Shown here: piece after piece, positions 21,301 to 30,857 of the stretch
How positions within the stretch are numbered: the first letter of the stretch is position 1
How the letters are laid out: every line of letters begins with the position of its first letter
Assembly (NCBI GenBank): GCA_965199495.1
Contig: CBDASK010000003.1
Location: forward strand, 2,048,001 to 2,112,000
Source of the DNA: Abditibacterium sp.
GTDB taxonomy: Bacteria; Armatimonadota; Abditibacteriia; Abditibacteriales; Abditibacteriaceae
Length of the DNA: 64,000 bases
Direction of reading: 5' to 3'
Notes under the pieces: model-generated
The model's input: the letters and a program-made list of their open reading frames with translations, nothing else
Database searches by the model: none
Told to the model about the DNA's origin: nothing
Translations under genes and position numbers: made by a program

Positions 21301-23086
21301 CGCGCTCAATGGCGATATTGGCTACGTCTTCTGGCGCGCGTGGCCGCAGCAAATCGAACGAAATTCCCAATAAATTTTGCGCGCGTTCGGTCGCGTCGCG
21401 CCCCTGATCCAATAATTGCGCGATGGCGGCATCGGCCTGTTTTTGCGCCGTCAAATCGAACAAAAACATCAGCGTTGCGCCACCTTCGGGCAACTGGATT
21501 TGCGCCATTTCGACGCGCGCCGGAAAAATCGCGCCGTCGGATTTCTGGATGCGACTTTCGTAAATCAAAGGCTCCTGCCCGCCCGCCGCGCGACTGAAAG
21601 CGCGCTCCCTCACGAGGGCGCGCTCCGTGGGCGCCACGAAATCGGTGATGGGCTGACCAATTAAATTCTGGGGATTTTCGTAGCCCAACAGATCGCAGAG
21701 CGCGTGGTTCACGTAAAGCACATGCTGGCCGCGCCCGATGCCAAGCGGAACTGGCGCGGCATCGAACAGCGAGCGAAAACGATTCTCCGATTCTTTAAGT
21801 TCGCGCTCGGCCTCGCGCTCGGTGGTCACATCACGCTGGGTGCCCCACACGCGAACCAGAAAACCGTTTTCTACGATGCCGGTCAGGCTACTCAATAAAA
21901 CGTGTTGCTGTCCGTCGCGATCAACCTCGACCGATTCGGCGTCGCTAACGCGAAAATCTTCGTTGATGAGGCCCATCAAAAAATCGCGCACGCGTTCGTC
22001 GTCGCGATTCATGATCTGCCACAAACGCATGCCGACCATCTGCTGTGCGCGCTCGAAACCATACATTTTGGCGAGCGCGTCGTTGCACTCGGCCAAAATG
22101 CCGTTTTGCCACGCCAACTCCAAAATCTGCGCGCGATTAAGCGACATATCAATCGGCTCGTCCATCTCGAAGCGCCAAATCGCTTCGGACGATTGCTCGA
22201 CGAACGAGCGATAGCGCGTTTCGCCCTGCACCACGCGCGCGCGCGCCTCGCGCCCGGCGATAGCCACGCCCAACACGCCCACGACCGCGCGAATCCATTC
22301 CATCTGCTCGCTCGACCAAACTCGCACGCCATAGTCTTCCGCATCGCCGATTTCCAAAACGCCCCAATAGCGTTCGACCGGCCCAATCGGCGCGCTCAAA
22401 TTGCCGGTAATCTGGCCGCTCGCATCGCCAATGGGAAAGCCGGTTTTAATCGCGCGTTCGGCGGGAGAATTGGTCAAAAAGGGCCGCTTTTCGCCAATTG
22501 CACTGGGCGCATTGGGCGGCGCAACCGCAGCGCGCACGCAAAAGAAATCGCCGGTCGTTTCATCGGTTGAAAAAATGGCTTCGGGCCGTTCCAATTCGAG
22601 AATCGAGGCGTATGGCGCATCGAGCGTTTGCGCGCACAGTTGCGCGGTGCGCTCAAAAAGTGCATCCAAATCGTCAATGCGCGCGAGCGCCAACTGCGAA
22701 AGTTCCGCAAGCGCGCGCTGGCGTTGCGCCTGCGCCGCGAACGCGTCGTTGGCCAGACGCGCGCGCGCCGTCAGCAAAGCCATGAAAAAGCATTCGACTA
22801 AAAAAACGCCGATTTGCACCCAGCCCGCCGAGTTCAAGTGAAAAGAGTGCAACGGCGGCAAAAAATAGTATTCGACTAAAACCGCCGAAATCAGCGCCGA
22901 AACCACGCCGATGCCAAGCCCGCCATTCCAGGTCGCGATCATGATGGCGCCGAAAAACAGCAGAAACGGCGTCAGTTCGCCGATCTGCGTTTCGAGCGCG
23001 ATTTTGGCGCCCCACGCCACCGCGCACAGGGCGAGCGCAAGCAAAAACGACCAAGGGGTTTTGCGAAGGAATGCGAAAGCCGACAT
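18368..23086 (-). CDS. Hybrid sensor histidine kinase (DUF4118-GAF-PAS-HisKA-HATPase-REC)
   Basis: SHELRTPL, NLMSNAIKFT, DSGQGI, GLGLGL, C-terminal receiver SDIGMP. Confidence 0.93.
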   Translation of the reverse strand: MSAFAFLRKTPWSFLLALALCAVAWGAKIALETQIGELTPFLLFFGAIMIATWNGGLGIGVVSALISAVLVEYYFLPPLHSFHLNSAGWVQIGVFLVECFFMALLTARARLANDAFAAQAQRQRALAELSQLALARIDDLDALFERTAQLCAQTLDAPYASILELERPEAIFSTDETTGDFFCVRAAVAPPNAPSAIGEKRPFLTNSPAERAIKTGFPIGDASGQITGNLSAPIGPVERYWGVLEIGDAEDYGVRVWSSEQMEWIRAVVGVLGVAIAGREARARVVQGETRYRSFVEQSSEAIWRFEMDEPIDMSLNRAQILELAWQNGILAECNDALAKMYGFERAQQMVGMRLWQIMNRDDERVRDFLMGLINEDFRVSDAESVEVDRDGQQHVLLSSLTGIVENGFLVRVWGTQRDVTTEREAERELKESENRFRSLFDAAPVPLGIGRGQHVLYVNHALCDLLGYENPQNLIGQPITDFVAPTERALVRERAFSRAAGGQEPLIYESRIQKSDGAIFPARVEMAQIQLPEGGATLMFLFDLTAQKQADAAIAQLLDQGRDATERAQNLLGISFDLLRPRAPEDVANIAIERVTETVGARGGVLVAPNDVANPHTLETIGARGYPDGTVDKFSSIEVNSDHPIAHVYRSRAPLWMDTAWDWAERFPSLEKTLPATGTKSIALLPLEAEGEVVSVMALSWSEPRVFDDESRLFLQTLANSCAQALDRARLDDQTRDLARRQQESLALLNTLLDSAPVGFALFDRNERYVLLNNALAAINGKPISEHIGRTMREVLHETDSEFERRLQEVWRTGEASGEFVLSDQSDGGTRFCLVSLYPVRIENAGLTSSELLGVGAIVLDISERIRDEEEKTRLVIELENERSRLEAVLQQMPSAVIIAEAPSGRLLLGNAQVDRVIGQRVALDKITDYRNYRAFWPNGHQLQAQEWPLARAIETGEIVKDEEVLLPGDGGSRVLRVTASPIRDRDGKITAGIAIFDDITRRAREQAAQRFLANAGSALIATLDDSTSHGRLANLCVPTVADWCIVAIPGADGLLHNAEIAHISGADVKDNAEIASRFAAQLARDPAPPWDIAGALSTGKPQFYPNHDTHSLVQRGTSAEFVKLAQQIGARSAIVAPLVARGRTVGLMIWITSDSGRIYDEQDLELASELAVRAALTADNARLFREAQQARDEAEAANLAKDEFLAVVSHELRTPLTPILGWLDLLRAPAMTDELRAQGYDVIERNARAQSQIVNDILDVSRITSGKLRLERKPLDLTLLVRNAVESLRLIADNKNIELRLDLNEVGLASIDVNRFQQVVWNLMSNAIKFTPSGGHIAISLRTKNAGETPTATLEIADSGQGIAPEFLPDVFEAFRQADSSSTRKAGGLGLGLAIVRHIVAMHDGQVSAHSEGEGRGATFRVEVPLLRVAGEVENGENPTLSSNSRNMKNARILLIDDEADTRETLARLLESHDARVRVAASAAQALQLLDEFAPQLAISDIGMPAMDGYELLKQMRARLPALPAIALTAYASPADIERAQAAGFQRHLAKPIEMDALLKACGELLYSFS

Positions 23087-23129
23087 GGCAAAAGGGCGCG
23101 GGGAGTTAGGGGACTTGGATTTACGTGGT

Positions 23130-23236
23130 TCGTAGGCTAAAGCCTACGGCAGATGGCTGCGCCGAACGTGCTTCGCACTTATTTTTAGTGCGAAGCACGT
23201 TCGGCGCAACCATCTGCCGTAGCTTTTAAGCTACGA
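23130..23236. repeat. REP-like palindrome (CGTAGGCTAAAGCCTACG type)
   Basis: Near-perfect arms ...GCGCCGAACGTGCTTCGCACT / AGTGCGAAGCACGTTCGGCGC... Confidence 0.85.
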
Positions 23237-23319
23237 TGAAGGCGTAAGTCCTATAAAGCTTTGGCAAATCGCGTTTCTTCTATTTGGCGACTTGCGTTGT
23301 TTGCTCAAGCGCGCGCTCA

Positions 23320-24945
23320 TTAAAATCTATCGCGCGCTTCGATGCCCAGCATTTTTAGCGCCGCCGCCGCGACAAAGCCTGCCGCTCGCAACAGTTCTAA
23401 TCGCACCGCGCCCGGCACCGACGAAGGCGCCGTGGCTGCTAACAGGTTGCGGGTCGCGCTCGCCATTTCAAGCGCGAAATTCGCCACCAACGCTGGCGCG
23501 CGCCGCGTCGCCGCTTCGTGCGCGGTGTCGGGCCACAGCGCCACCAAACGCGCCAATTCGCGCTCGCCCGCCGACCACTCGACTTCGCTCGCGTCGGTTT
23601 TGGCGCCAGCGTTTTCTCCGGCGCGTCCCTGCGCCTCGCGCGTCAATCTGGCCAAACGCGATGGCAACAATTGCACGGCATACGCCGGATTGGTTTCGTC
23701 ATCGCGCGCGGCGGTTTCGATGTCCACTTCGGCGGTTTTGCCCGGTTCGGCACGCGCGAAAAACCATTTCAAACGGTCGCCGTCCATTTCCTGCAATTCC
23801 TCGTTCATCAAGATTTCCGAACCGCTCAGCCCCATGCGCAATGGCACGCCGTCGCGCTTGAGTGCCGCGCCGTTCACGATGACGAACTCAAATTTTTCAT
23901 CGGCCACGCCCGCCGCTTTGAGCGCCGCCTGCGTGCGTTTCACATACAATTCGTGCGTCGAATTCCACACGTTGATAATGGCGTCAAAATCGCGTTCGGC
24001 TTTCCACAAATGGTAAGCGATGTCGCCCGCGAAATAGGTCGGCGAGCCGTCGCCACGCTGCAAAACGCGGTCGGCGCTATCGCCGAAATCCGACGTTTTG
24101 AGCCACAACGCGCCCGCGTTTTCGTAGGTTTGGCCGCGACTTTGGAGCAGTTCAATCGCCGCCGCGACGCGCCCATCGTTCATCATCGCGGTTTCCGAAA
24201 CCCAGTCGTCGAAGCGCGTGCCCAAATTTTCCATCGTGGCGCGCTGGCTTTCGATGGCCGACTGCAAAGCCGCCGCGCTGCACGCCGCCAAGCGCTCGGA
24301 CGCGGAAACGTTCAACCACTTCGCGCCATCGCGCCGCGTCAGTTCGGCAGCCACGCCGCGTACGAACGCATTATCGAACGCGCCATCGGGCGCGGGCGCA
24401 TCTTGCCCAAACGCCTTCAGATAATAGTTGGCGACGCCTTCGCCCAGCAAACGATTTTTGCTCGAAGTCGTGGCGTCGTTGAGATAAAACTCGCGCGTGA
24501 CGCGCGCGCCCTGCTCTTCCAAAAGTCGGCAAATCGCTTCGCCGATAACGGCGCGGCGCCCGGCGGCAAACGGCAACGGCCCTGTCGGATCGGACGAAAC
24601 ATATTCGACCAAAATCCGCTTCCCGTTGAGGGCGTCGCCGCTCCCATAATGCGCGCCTTCGCGCGTAGCGCGCTCCAATGACTCGACAATGCTGTGATCG
24701 CTCATAAAAAAATTTAATCGGCCCACAACCAATTCGATGCGCCCATCAAAAGCGGGCTGCAATTGCGTCAATAGAGTTTGGCCGATTTGCCCGGCGCTCT
24801 GCCGCAAAGCGCGCGCCGCTTGCAAAGGCGCGTTGCTGGAAAACTCGCCAAATTTCGCGTCGAGCGGGCGCGATATGGCGAATTCTATCTCGGAAATTTG
24901 CGCTTGAATCAAGCGGCGAATATGAAAGCGAAGCATGGTAAGCAA
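23320..24945 (-). CDS. Arginyl-tRNA synthetase-like protein with degenerate catalytic motifs
   Basis: ArgRS layout (VEYVS.DPTGPL, GALWLKTSDFGDSADRVL, TYFAGDIAYH) but HIGH is replaced by PFAA and KMSKR by RMGLS. Confidence 0.85.
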   Translation of the reverse strand: MLTMLRFHIRRLIQAQISEIEFAISRPLDAKFGEFSSNAPLQAARALRQSAGQIGQTLLTQLQPAFDGRIELVVGRLNFFMSDHSIVESLERATREGAHYGSGDALNGKRILVEYVSSDPTGPLPFAAGRRAVIGEAICRLLEEQGARVTREFYLNDATTSSKNRLLGEGVANYYLKAFGQDAPAPDGAFDNAFVRGVAAELTRRDGAKWLNVSASERLAACSAAALQSAIESQRATMENLGTRFDDWVSETAMMNDGRVAAAIELLQSRGQTYENAGALWLKTSDFGDSADRVLQRGDGSPTYFAGDIAYHLWKAERDFDAIINVWNSTHELYVKRTQAALKAAGVADEKFEFVIVNGAALKRDGVPLRMGLSGSEILMNEELQEMDGDRLKWFFARAEPGKTAEVDIETAARDDETNPAYAVQLLPSRLARLTREAQGRAGENAGAKTDASEVEWSAGERELARLVALWPDTAHEAATRRAPALVANFALEMASATRNLLAATAPSSVPGAVRLELLRAAGFVAAAALKMLGIEARDRF

Positions 24946-24993
24946 GCGAAATATCTCTCTTCAAATTTTACCTCGCCTAAATGATATGAAACG

Positions 24994-25028
24994 AAAAAAG
25001 GGCCGCGTCAGATGACGCGGCCCTTTTT
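24994..25028. terminator. Intrinsic terminator after dps
   Basis: AAAAAAGGGCCGCGTCA-GA-TGACGCGGCCCTTTTT. Confidence 0.85.
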
Positions 25029-25042
25029 GGATAGACAAACTT

Positions 25043-25864
25043 TTACTGTTTCTGCACGCGCAACTGCCACAAATCATGCTCGAAACCCTGAATCATGCCT
25101 TGCAACATATTCTCGGTGACCGGATCCAAATCCTGCACGCGATTCATGCGCGCCCGCGTGCGTAGCGCGATAGTATCCAAGCGATCCGAAATCAAATCGA
25201 GCGCTTCGGAATCGCGCACGAAACCGTCGGGAAACGGCGCTAAGCCGGTCGTGCCCGCGACAGTTTCGGGGCGCCCATCCACCGAATATCCCAGCGACAA
25301 AGAACGCTCGGCGATTTGGTCGGCGTATTCGGCGTAGCGGTCGGCGAACATTCCCAATTGCTGGTGAACTGGCAAATAAAGCGGCCCGACCAAATTCCAG
25401 TGCGCCTCTTTGGTTTGCAAACGCAAATCAATCACGTCGGTCAAGGCGCCTTCGAGTTCGGCGGCGACTTTACGGCGCGCATCGGCGTCGAGCGGCACGC
25501 GCTCGGAAATCGGCAAATTGGCGCGTTCGGGATTGTAGGGCAAACCCGGAATCGGGTTGAGTTTGAGCGCATCGAACTTCGTCGGCGCGGTGACGGCGGT
25601 GTTAGTGCCATCGTTTTTGACCGGCTCCTGCGGTGGCGATCCGGGCGTCGTGGCTCCCGAAACCGGGCCGGGTTCGGTGGTGCCGCGCGCGTCTTTGCCC
25701 TTGGGAATTTCGACTTTGGGCGCGGGTTGGAGATTTTTTTCGGTTGGCAAAGGCCGCGAAGTCGGACGGTTCGGGCTGGGCGCGGGCTGAGCCAGCGCGG
25801 GCAAAGCCAACAGTGCGGAAAGAGACAGCGCCGACAAAGCGGCGGCAATGGATTTGTGTGTCAT
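25043..25864 (-). CDS. dps: Dps family ferritin-like protein with signal peptide and Pro-rich extension
   Basis: KEAHWNLVG, H...DQIAER, EHDLWQL; N-terminal Sec-like signal ending ALA. Confidence 0.85.
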   Translation of the reverse strand: MTHKSIAAALSALSLSALLALPALAQPAPSPNRPTSRPLPTEKNLQPAPKVEIPKGKDARGTTEPGPVSGATTPGSPPQEPVKNDGTNTAVTAPTKFDALKLNPIPGLPYNPERANLPISERVPLDADARRKVAAELEGALTDVIDLRLQTKEAHWNLVGPLYLPVHQQLGMFADRYAEYADQIAERSLSLGYSVDGRPETVAGTTGLAPFPDGFVRDSEALDLISDRLDTIALRTRARMNRVQDLDPVTENMLQGMIQGFEHDLWQLRVQKQ

Positions 25865-25899
25865 TTTGTTTAGAAAGTTTGGGGTTGTGTCTCTACGAT

Positions 25900-28071
25900 T
25901 TACGCCGCGATCATCCCCAACATTTCGCGGTCGCGGAAACGATGTTTGGCCACGCCTTCGATGAACGATGCAGCCACGTCGAGCGCGTTGCCATCGGGAG
26001 CGAGGAAAACGCCGGGCGCTTCGGCACCATTTTTGGCGAAATCGGTCGCATTAACCAACTGCACGCCCGCGCCCGACGCCGCGATGGCTTTGCCGTGCTT
26101 GAACGCTTCGTCCACGAATTTGCGCGCGTCGCCCATTTTGACTAAAGCCTCGATATTGGTGCTGCCGGGAACGTAAACCGCGTCGAACAAGACCGAACCG
26201 GCGTTGCCGTAGGTTTTCTTCGCCATGAACGTTCCTTCGTCGCCCGCGATTTCGCCCAAGTGCGGGCCGACGACAACGCCCATCGCGCCTTCTTTGGCGA
26301 GCTGTTCCATCATCGCCTCGACGCATTTGGTGAACGAACCTTTGCCGGTCAAAATCGCCACTTTGCGCGCTTTTGCCATCGTCGGCTGACCGTCGGCTTG
26401 TGTCAAACCACTGGTTTTGTGCAAACCGCCCGAAGCCGTCGTTTGCGATTCGGCGTTCGCTAAAACTTCGATTTCTGGGGCGCTATCGGCGGTGCCGCTT
26501 GGCTCGCCTTTGGATTCGGGCATCTCTTCGCCAATCGCCAGACCGATTTGCGCGGCCAATTGATCGTTGATTTTCGCCAGATTCTCCAGCATCCGCGTGC
26601 GCACGGCGGGCGTTTCGACCAGGCTCAGCTCGAACGATAACGCTTTGACGATATGTTCTTTTTCAAACGGCATCATGCTGTTCCAGAACAAGCGCGCTTG
26701 CCCATAATGGTCGCCGAAACTTTCGCTGCGCGCGCGCACTTTTGGGGCGTTGACTTGTTCGGGATAGCTTTTGAAACCGGCGTCGTTGGTCACTTCGTCG
26801 GGCGAATGGCCGTCCAAAGAGGCGGGCGCGTAAGCCACGCGGCCTTTGTTGATGGTCTGGCGCATATGCGCGTCGCGCTGGTTGTTCGAGAATGGACAAA
26901 CCGGACGGTTGATCGGCAGTTCGTGGAAGTTCGGGCTGCCCAGACGCGACAACTGCGTGTCGAGATACGAAAAATTGCGGCCCTGCAACAACGGATCGTC
27001 GGAAAAATCAATGCCCGGCACGACGTTCGTCGTCTGAAACGCGACTTGCTCAGTTTCGGCGAAGTAGTTGTCGGGATTGCGATTGAGCGTCATTTTGCCG
27101 ATGCGACGCAAGGGAATCAAATCTTCGGGCCACAGTTTGGTGGCGTCGAGGATGTCGAAATCGTATTTCATTTCGTCTTCTTCGGGCATCAACTGCACGG
27201 CCAAATCCCATTCGGGATAATTGCCGCATTCGATGGAATCCCACAGATCGCGGCGATGAAAATCGCCGTCTTGTCCGGCGATTTTGACGGCTTCGTCCCA
27301 CACCAGCGAGTGCGCGCCCAACGCGGGCTTCCAGTGAAACTTGACGAAAGTGCTTACGCCCTCTTTGTTGACCAAACGGAAAGTATGAACGCCGAAACCG
27401 TCCATCATGGCGAAACTGCGCGGGATGGCGCGGTCGCTCATCACCCACATGATCATGTGCATCGCTTCGGGCGTGAGCGAAATGAAATCGTAAAACGTGT
27501 CGTGCGCCGAAGCCGCTTGAGGAATTTCGCGGTCGGGTTCGGGCTTGACGGCGTGAATCAAATCGGGAAATTTAATCGCGTCCTGAATGAAGAAAACCGG
27601 AATGTTGTTGCCGACCAAATCCCAGTTGCCCTCGTCCGTATACATTTTGACGGCGAAGCCGCGCACGTCGCGCGCCGTATCCGCCGAGCCGCGAAATCCC
27701 GCGACTGTCGAAAAGCGCGTGAAGAGCGGCGTCTGGCGAGAAGTGTCGGTTAAAACCGGCGCCATCGTGAATTCTTCGAGCGAATCATACAGCTCGAAGA
27801 CGCCGTGCGCCGCCGCGCCGCGCGCGTGAACCACGCGTTCGGGAATGCGCTCGTGATCGAAGTGCTGCAACTTCTCGCGCAAGATGAAATCTTCGAGCAA
27901 GCCCGGCCCGCGCGCACCGGCGCGCAACGAGTTTTGGTCGTCGCTGACGACGATGCCTTCATTGGTCGTCAAAGGCGCCGGATCGGTTGTGGTGAATTGG
28001 TTCAGTTGCGCGTCTTTGGCATTGGCGGGCGCGGCGTGGCCGTTGGATTGGCCGTTGTTTTGGTTCGTCAT
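25900..28071 (-). CDS. katE: Large-subunit catalase HPII
   Basis: FDHERIPERVVHARG, RFSTVAG, LLQGRNFSYLDTQ, C-terminal DJ-1-like domain. Confidence 0.96.
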   Translation of the reverse strand: MTNQNNGQSNGHAAPANAKDAQLNQFTTTDPAPLTTNEGIVVSDDQNSLRAGARGPGLLEDFILREKLQHFDHERIPERVVHARGAAAHGVFELYDSLEEFTMAPVLTDTSRQTPLFTRFSTVAGFRGSADTARDVRGFAVKMYTDEGNWDLVGNNIPVFFIQDAIKFPDLIHAVKPEPDREIPQAASAHDTFYDFISLTPEAMHMIMWVMSDRAIPRSFAMMDGFGVHTFRLVNKEGVSTFVKFHWKPALGAHSLVWDEAVKIAGQDGDFHRRDLWDSIECGNYPEWDLAVQLMPEEDEMKYDFDILDATKLWPEDLIPLRRIGKMTLNRNPDNYFAETEQVAFQTTNVVPGIDFSDDPLLQGRNFSYLDTQLSRLGSPNFHELPINRPVCPFSNNQRDAHMRQTINKGRVAYAPASLDGHSPDEVTNDAGFKSYPEQVNAPKVRARSESFGDHYGQARLFWNSMMPFEKEHIVKALSFELSLVETPAVRTRMLENLAKINDQLAAQIGLAIGEEMPESKGEPSGTADSAPEIEVLANAESQTTASGGLHKTSGLTQADGQPTMAKARKVAILTGKGSFTKCVEAMMEQLAKEGAMGVVVGPHLGEIAGDEGTFMAKKTYGNAGSVLFDAVYVPGSTNIEALVKMGDARKFVDEAFKHGKAIAASGAGVQLVNATDFAKNGAEAPGVFLAPDGNALDVAASFIEGVAKHRFRDREMLGMIAA

Positions 28072-28224
28072 GGTGAAACTCCTTAAGGGGCACAGACGCA
28101 ATGCCAAAACTGAGCCAACAACGCGTCTGCGGGCGTTTTCAAATTTACTAATTTCGCATGAGAAGTAAATGAGCGGGAAATGAGATTTTCTCATTTTCAG
28201 GGATGGCATCGTCCTTCACCAAAC

Positions 28225-28453
28225 GCATTCGTTTATGAGGCTTTATAACTCACACCCCTCTGCCTTCGCACTGCCCAAAGGGCGCCCACCCCCTCCGAGA
28301 GGGGAAGAATGCCTCATCAGGATGAAGAGCTAACTTGGTAAATGCGAAGGTGCGAAAGTTATGAGGTATTCTTCCCCTCTCGGAGGGGGTGGGCGCCCTT
28401 TGGGCAGTGCGAAGGCAGAGGGGTGTGAGTTATAAAGCCTCATAAACGAATGC
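28225..28453. repeat. ~93 bp-arm inverted repeat (CCCCTC...GAGGGG type)
   Basis: Arms 28225-28317 and 28361-28453 with one mismatch. Confidence 0.9.
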
Positions 28454-29895
28454 TATCGTTGATATTCAACCGGCAACCGCACCATAAAAACCGCGCCGCC
28501 CTGCGTGCCATTGCGCGCGCTCACCGCGCCGCCGTGACTACACACAATCGCTTTGACAATCGCCAAACCCAAACCCATGCCGCCCGATTTGCGGTCGCGC
28601 GAACTGTCGGCGCGATAAAAGCGGTCGAAGACGCGCTCCAATGCGTCCGCGCCCAGACCGACGCCGCTATCTTCGACGATTAAACAACAATTTTCGCCGT
28701 CGCTCTCTACCGTCACGGCGACGTGGCTGCCGCGCGGCGCGTAGCGCAACGCGTTGTCGAGCAAATTATCAATCACTTCGCGCAGACGGTCGGCATCGCC
28801 CATCACGCGCGTGACTTCGGGCGCGTCGAAATCCAAAATCACCATGTTTGCCGCCGCGCGCGCCGCGTGCGATTTGACCGATTGCGCAACGATTGCGCTC
28901 AAATCGCACACTTCAAACGGGCGCGCCATGCTTCCTGCGTCGGCGCGCGAAAGCGTCAACAGTGCCGTTACTAAACGCGATAATCGTTCGATCTCGCCCA
29001 GCGAAACTTGCAGCGTTTCGCGATAATCTTCGTTCGTGCGCGGACGGCGTAGCGCGACTTCGACGGTGCCGCGCAGGTTGGAAAGCGGCGAGCGCAGTTC
29101 GTGCGAAGCGTCGGCGACGAAGCGACGCTGACTGGCAATCAAAGTCTGTTGCGCGGCGAAAGCGGCTTCGAGGCGCGCCAACATTTCGTTCAAAACCTGC
29201 GTCACATCGGCGATTTCGGCGTCGGGCGCCGCGACCGCGATGCGCGAATTTAAACTTTCTTCGCCGATTTCGCGCGCGGCCAAAGCCATTTGTTCGAGCG
29301 GTTGCGTCAGGCGTTTTGCGAGTGCGCCCGCGCCCAGCGATGCAGCCACGCCGCCCAGCAACAACGAAAGCGAAAGCGCCATCAACAGCGATTGCAACGC
29401 TTTTTGCATCGGGCGTTGCGGAATGCTGACGATTGCCAGCAAATGCTCGCCGCCCGGCGCGCGAAACGGATAGTAAATGCAGCGCAACGGTTCGGCGCCC
29501 AAATGAATATCGGCGAAGGTAATCTCGCCCGCGCGCGCGCGTTTTTCTTCGGCGGGAGCGCGGCTGAGTTGGGGGCCGCGCTGCAAATTTGGCGTGCGCG
29601 CGATGACGCGGTCGCGGCTATTTTCGATTTGCGCGAATTTCTCGTAGCCCGGCTGTGATTGGAGCGAAAGCGCGCTCGCATCATTGGAATGAACGTGAAT
29701 CTTGCCGTTTGGCCCATCGTCCGCCGAGGCGATTTCGGCGGCGGCGATGCTGCGCAACGCGTCGTCCAAACTGGCGCGCAACGCCTGACGCACACCCAGA
29801 TAAACGCCCGCGCCCGCCACCAACAAAATGCCCAGACACAGCGAAGTCGTCGCTAACATAATGCGACGGCGCAGTGTGGTTTGGTGGCGTTTCAT
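28453..29895 (-). CDS. Membrane sensor histidine kinase (HAMP, CusS/CzcS-like)
   Basis: FVADASHELRSPL, NLLDNALRY, GMGLGLAIV. Confidence 0.93.
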   Translation of the reverse strand: MKRHQTTLRRRIMLATTSLCLGILLVAGAGVYLGVRQALRASLDDALRSIAAAEIASADDGPNGKIHVHSNDASALSLQSQPGYEKFAQIENSRDRVIARTPNLQRGPQLSRAPAEEKRARAGEITFADIHLGAEPLRCIYYPFRAPGGEHLLAIVSIPQRPMQKALQSLLMALSLSLLLGGVAASLGAGALAKRLTQPLEQMALAAREIGEESLNSRIAVAAPDAEIADVTQVLNEMLARLEAAFAAQQTLIASQRRFVADASHELRSPLSNLRGTVEVALRRPRTNEDYRETLQVSLGEIERLSRLVTALLTLSRADAGSMARPFEVCDLSAIVAQSVKSHAARAAANMVILDFDAPEVTRVMGDADRLREVIDNLLDNALRYAPRGSHVAVTVESDGENCCLIVEDSGVGLGADALERVFDRFYRADSSRDRKSGGMGLGLAIVKAIVCSHGGAVSARNGTQGGAVFMVRLPVEYQR

Positions 29896-29981
29896 AGTGG
29901 AAAAGTTGTGGCCGTTTCAGCAGTACAGGCGTGCAAGCGGGGCTGACGCTCGACGAAATGTATTGTCGCCACGGCTAAAAA

Positions 29982-30072
29982 GGTTCGGAGTAGGCGCGTG
30001 AGCGCCTTGAGAAAATTAATTCAGTTGCTGAAGTCCTCGCGTTTTGAGGCGCTTACGCGCCTACTCCGAACC
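29982..30072. repeat. REP-like inverted repeat overlapping the regulator's 3' end
   Basis: GGTTCGGAGTAGGCGCGTGAGCGCC ... GGCGCTTACGCGCCTACTCCGAACC. Confidence 0.8.
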
Positions 30073-30735
30073 CCGATTTATCGGCAAAACATAACCCATG
30101 CCGCGCACGGTCTCAATGCGCTCGCGCCCGATTTTGTTGCGCAAATAACGCACGTAAACATCCACGACGTTGGAATCCGGCTCCATATCGCTGTCCCAGA
30201 CGTGTTCCCACAGCGCCGTGCGCGTGACGACGCGGCCCGCGTGGTAGGCGAAATATTCGAGCAATTGATATTCGCGCGCCGTCAACGGCACGGTTTGCCC
30301 GGCGCGCATGACGCGGCGCCGCGCGGTATCAACGGTCAAATCGCCGAACTCGAAAATCGCCGTGCCCGACGCATTTGTATGGCGGCGCAAGAGTGCCCGC
30401 ACGCGCGCCAACAATTCCTCGAAAGCAAACGGTTTGATCAAATAATCGTCGCCGCCCAAATTCAAACCCTGCACGCGGTCGCTGATGTCGTCGCGCGCGG
30501 TCAAAAACAAAATAGGCGTCGTCAATCCTTCGTCGCGCCACTGTTTGCACAGCGAAAACCCATCGCCGCCCGGCAGCATTACGTCGAGCAGAATCGCGTC
30601 GTACCCGTAAACGCCGACCGACTTTTGCGCCTCGCGCACATCAACAGCCACGTCCACGACAAAGCCTTCTTCGGACAGGCCGCGCCGCAGATAAGCCGCC
30701 GTTGGCGCTTCGTCTTCGACAATTAAAAGTTTCAT
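30061..30735 (-). CDS. OmpR-family response regulator
   Basis: LIVEDE, LDVMLP, DDYLIKPF, SNVVDVYVRYLR, ETVRGMGY. Confidence 0.95.
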   Translation of the reverse strand: MKLLIVEDEAPTAAYLRRGLSEEGFVVDVAVDVREAQKSVGVYGYDAILLDVMLPGGDGFSLCKQWRDEGLTTPILFLTARDDISDRVQGLNLGGDDYLIKPFAFEELLARVRALLRRHTNASGTAIFEFGDLTVDTARRRVMRAGQTVPLTAREYQLLEYFAYHAGRVVTRTALWEHVWDSDMEPDSNVVDVYVRYLRNKIGRERIETVRGMGYVLPINRGSE

Positions 30736-30772
30736 TTTTCGGCCTCGTTATCTTCAGCGTAACACGCCGACA

Positions 30773-30821
30773 ATGAGAAAACGATGAGAAACTTTTCACG
30801 GCTTTCTCATCGGTTTCTCAT
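30773..30821. promoter_or_regulatory. Putative operator: ATGAGAAA x2 followed by TTTCTCAT x2
   Basis: Direct repeats with 11 bp period in inverted arrangement in the divergent promoter. Confidence 0.7.
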
Positions 30822-30857
30822 GTGGGCGCTTCAAACTGGCAAAATTGAATTGATATT

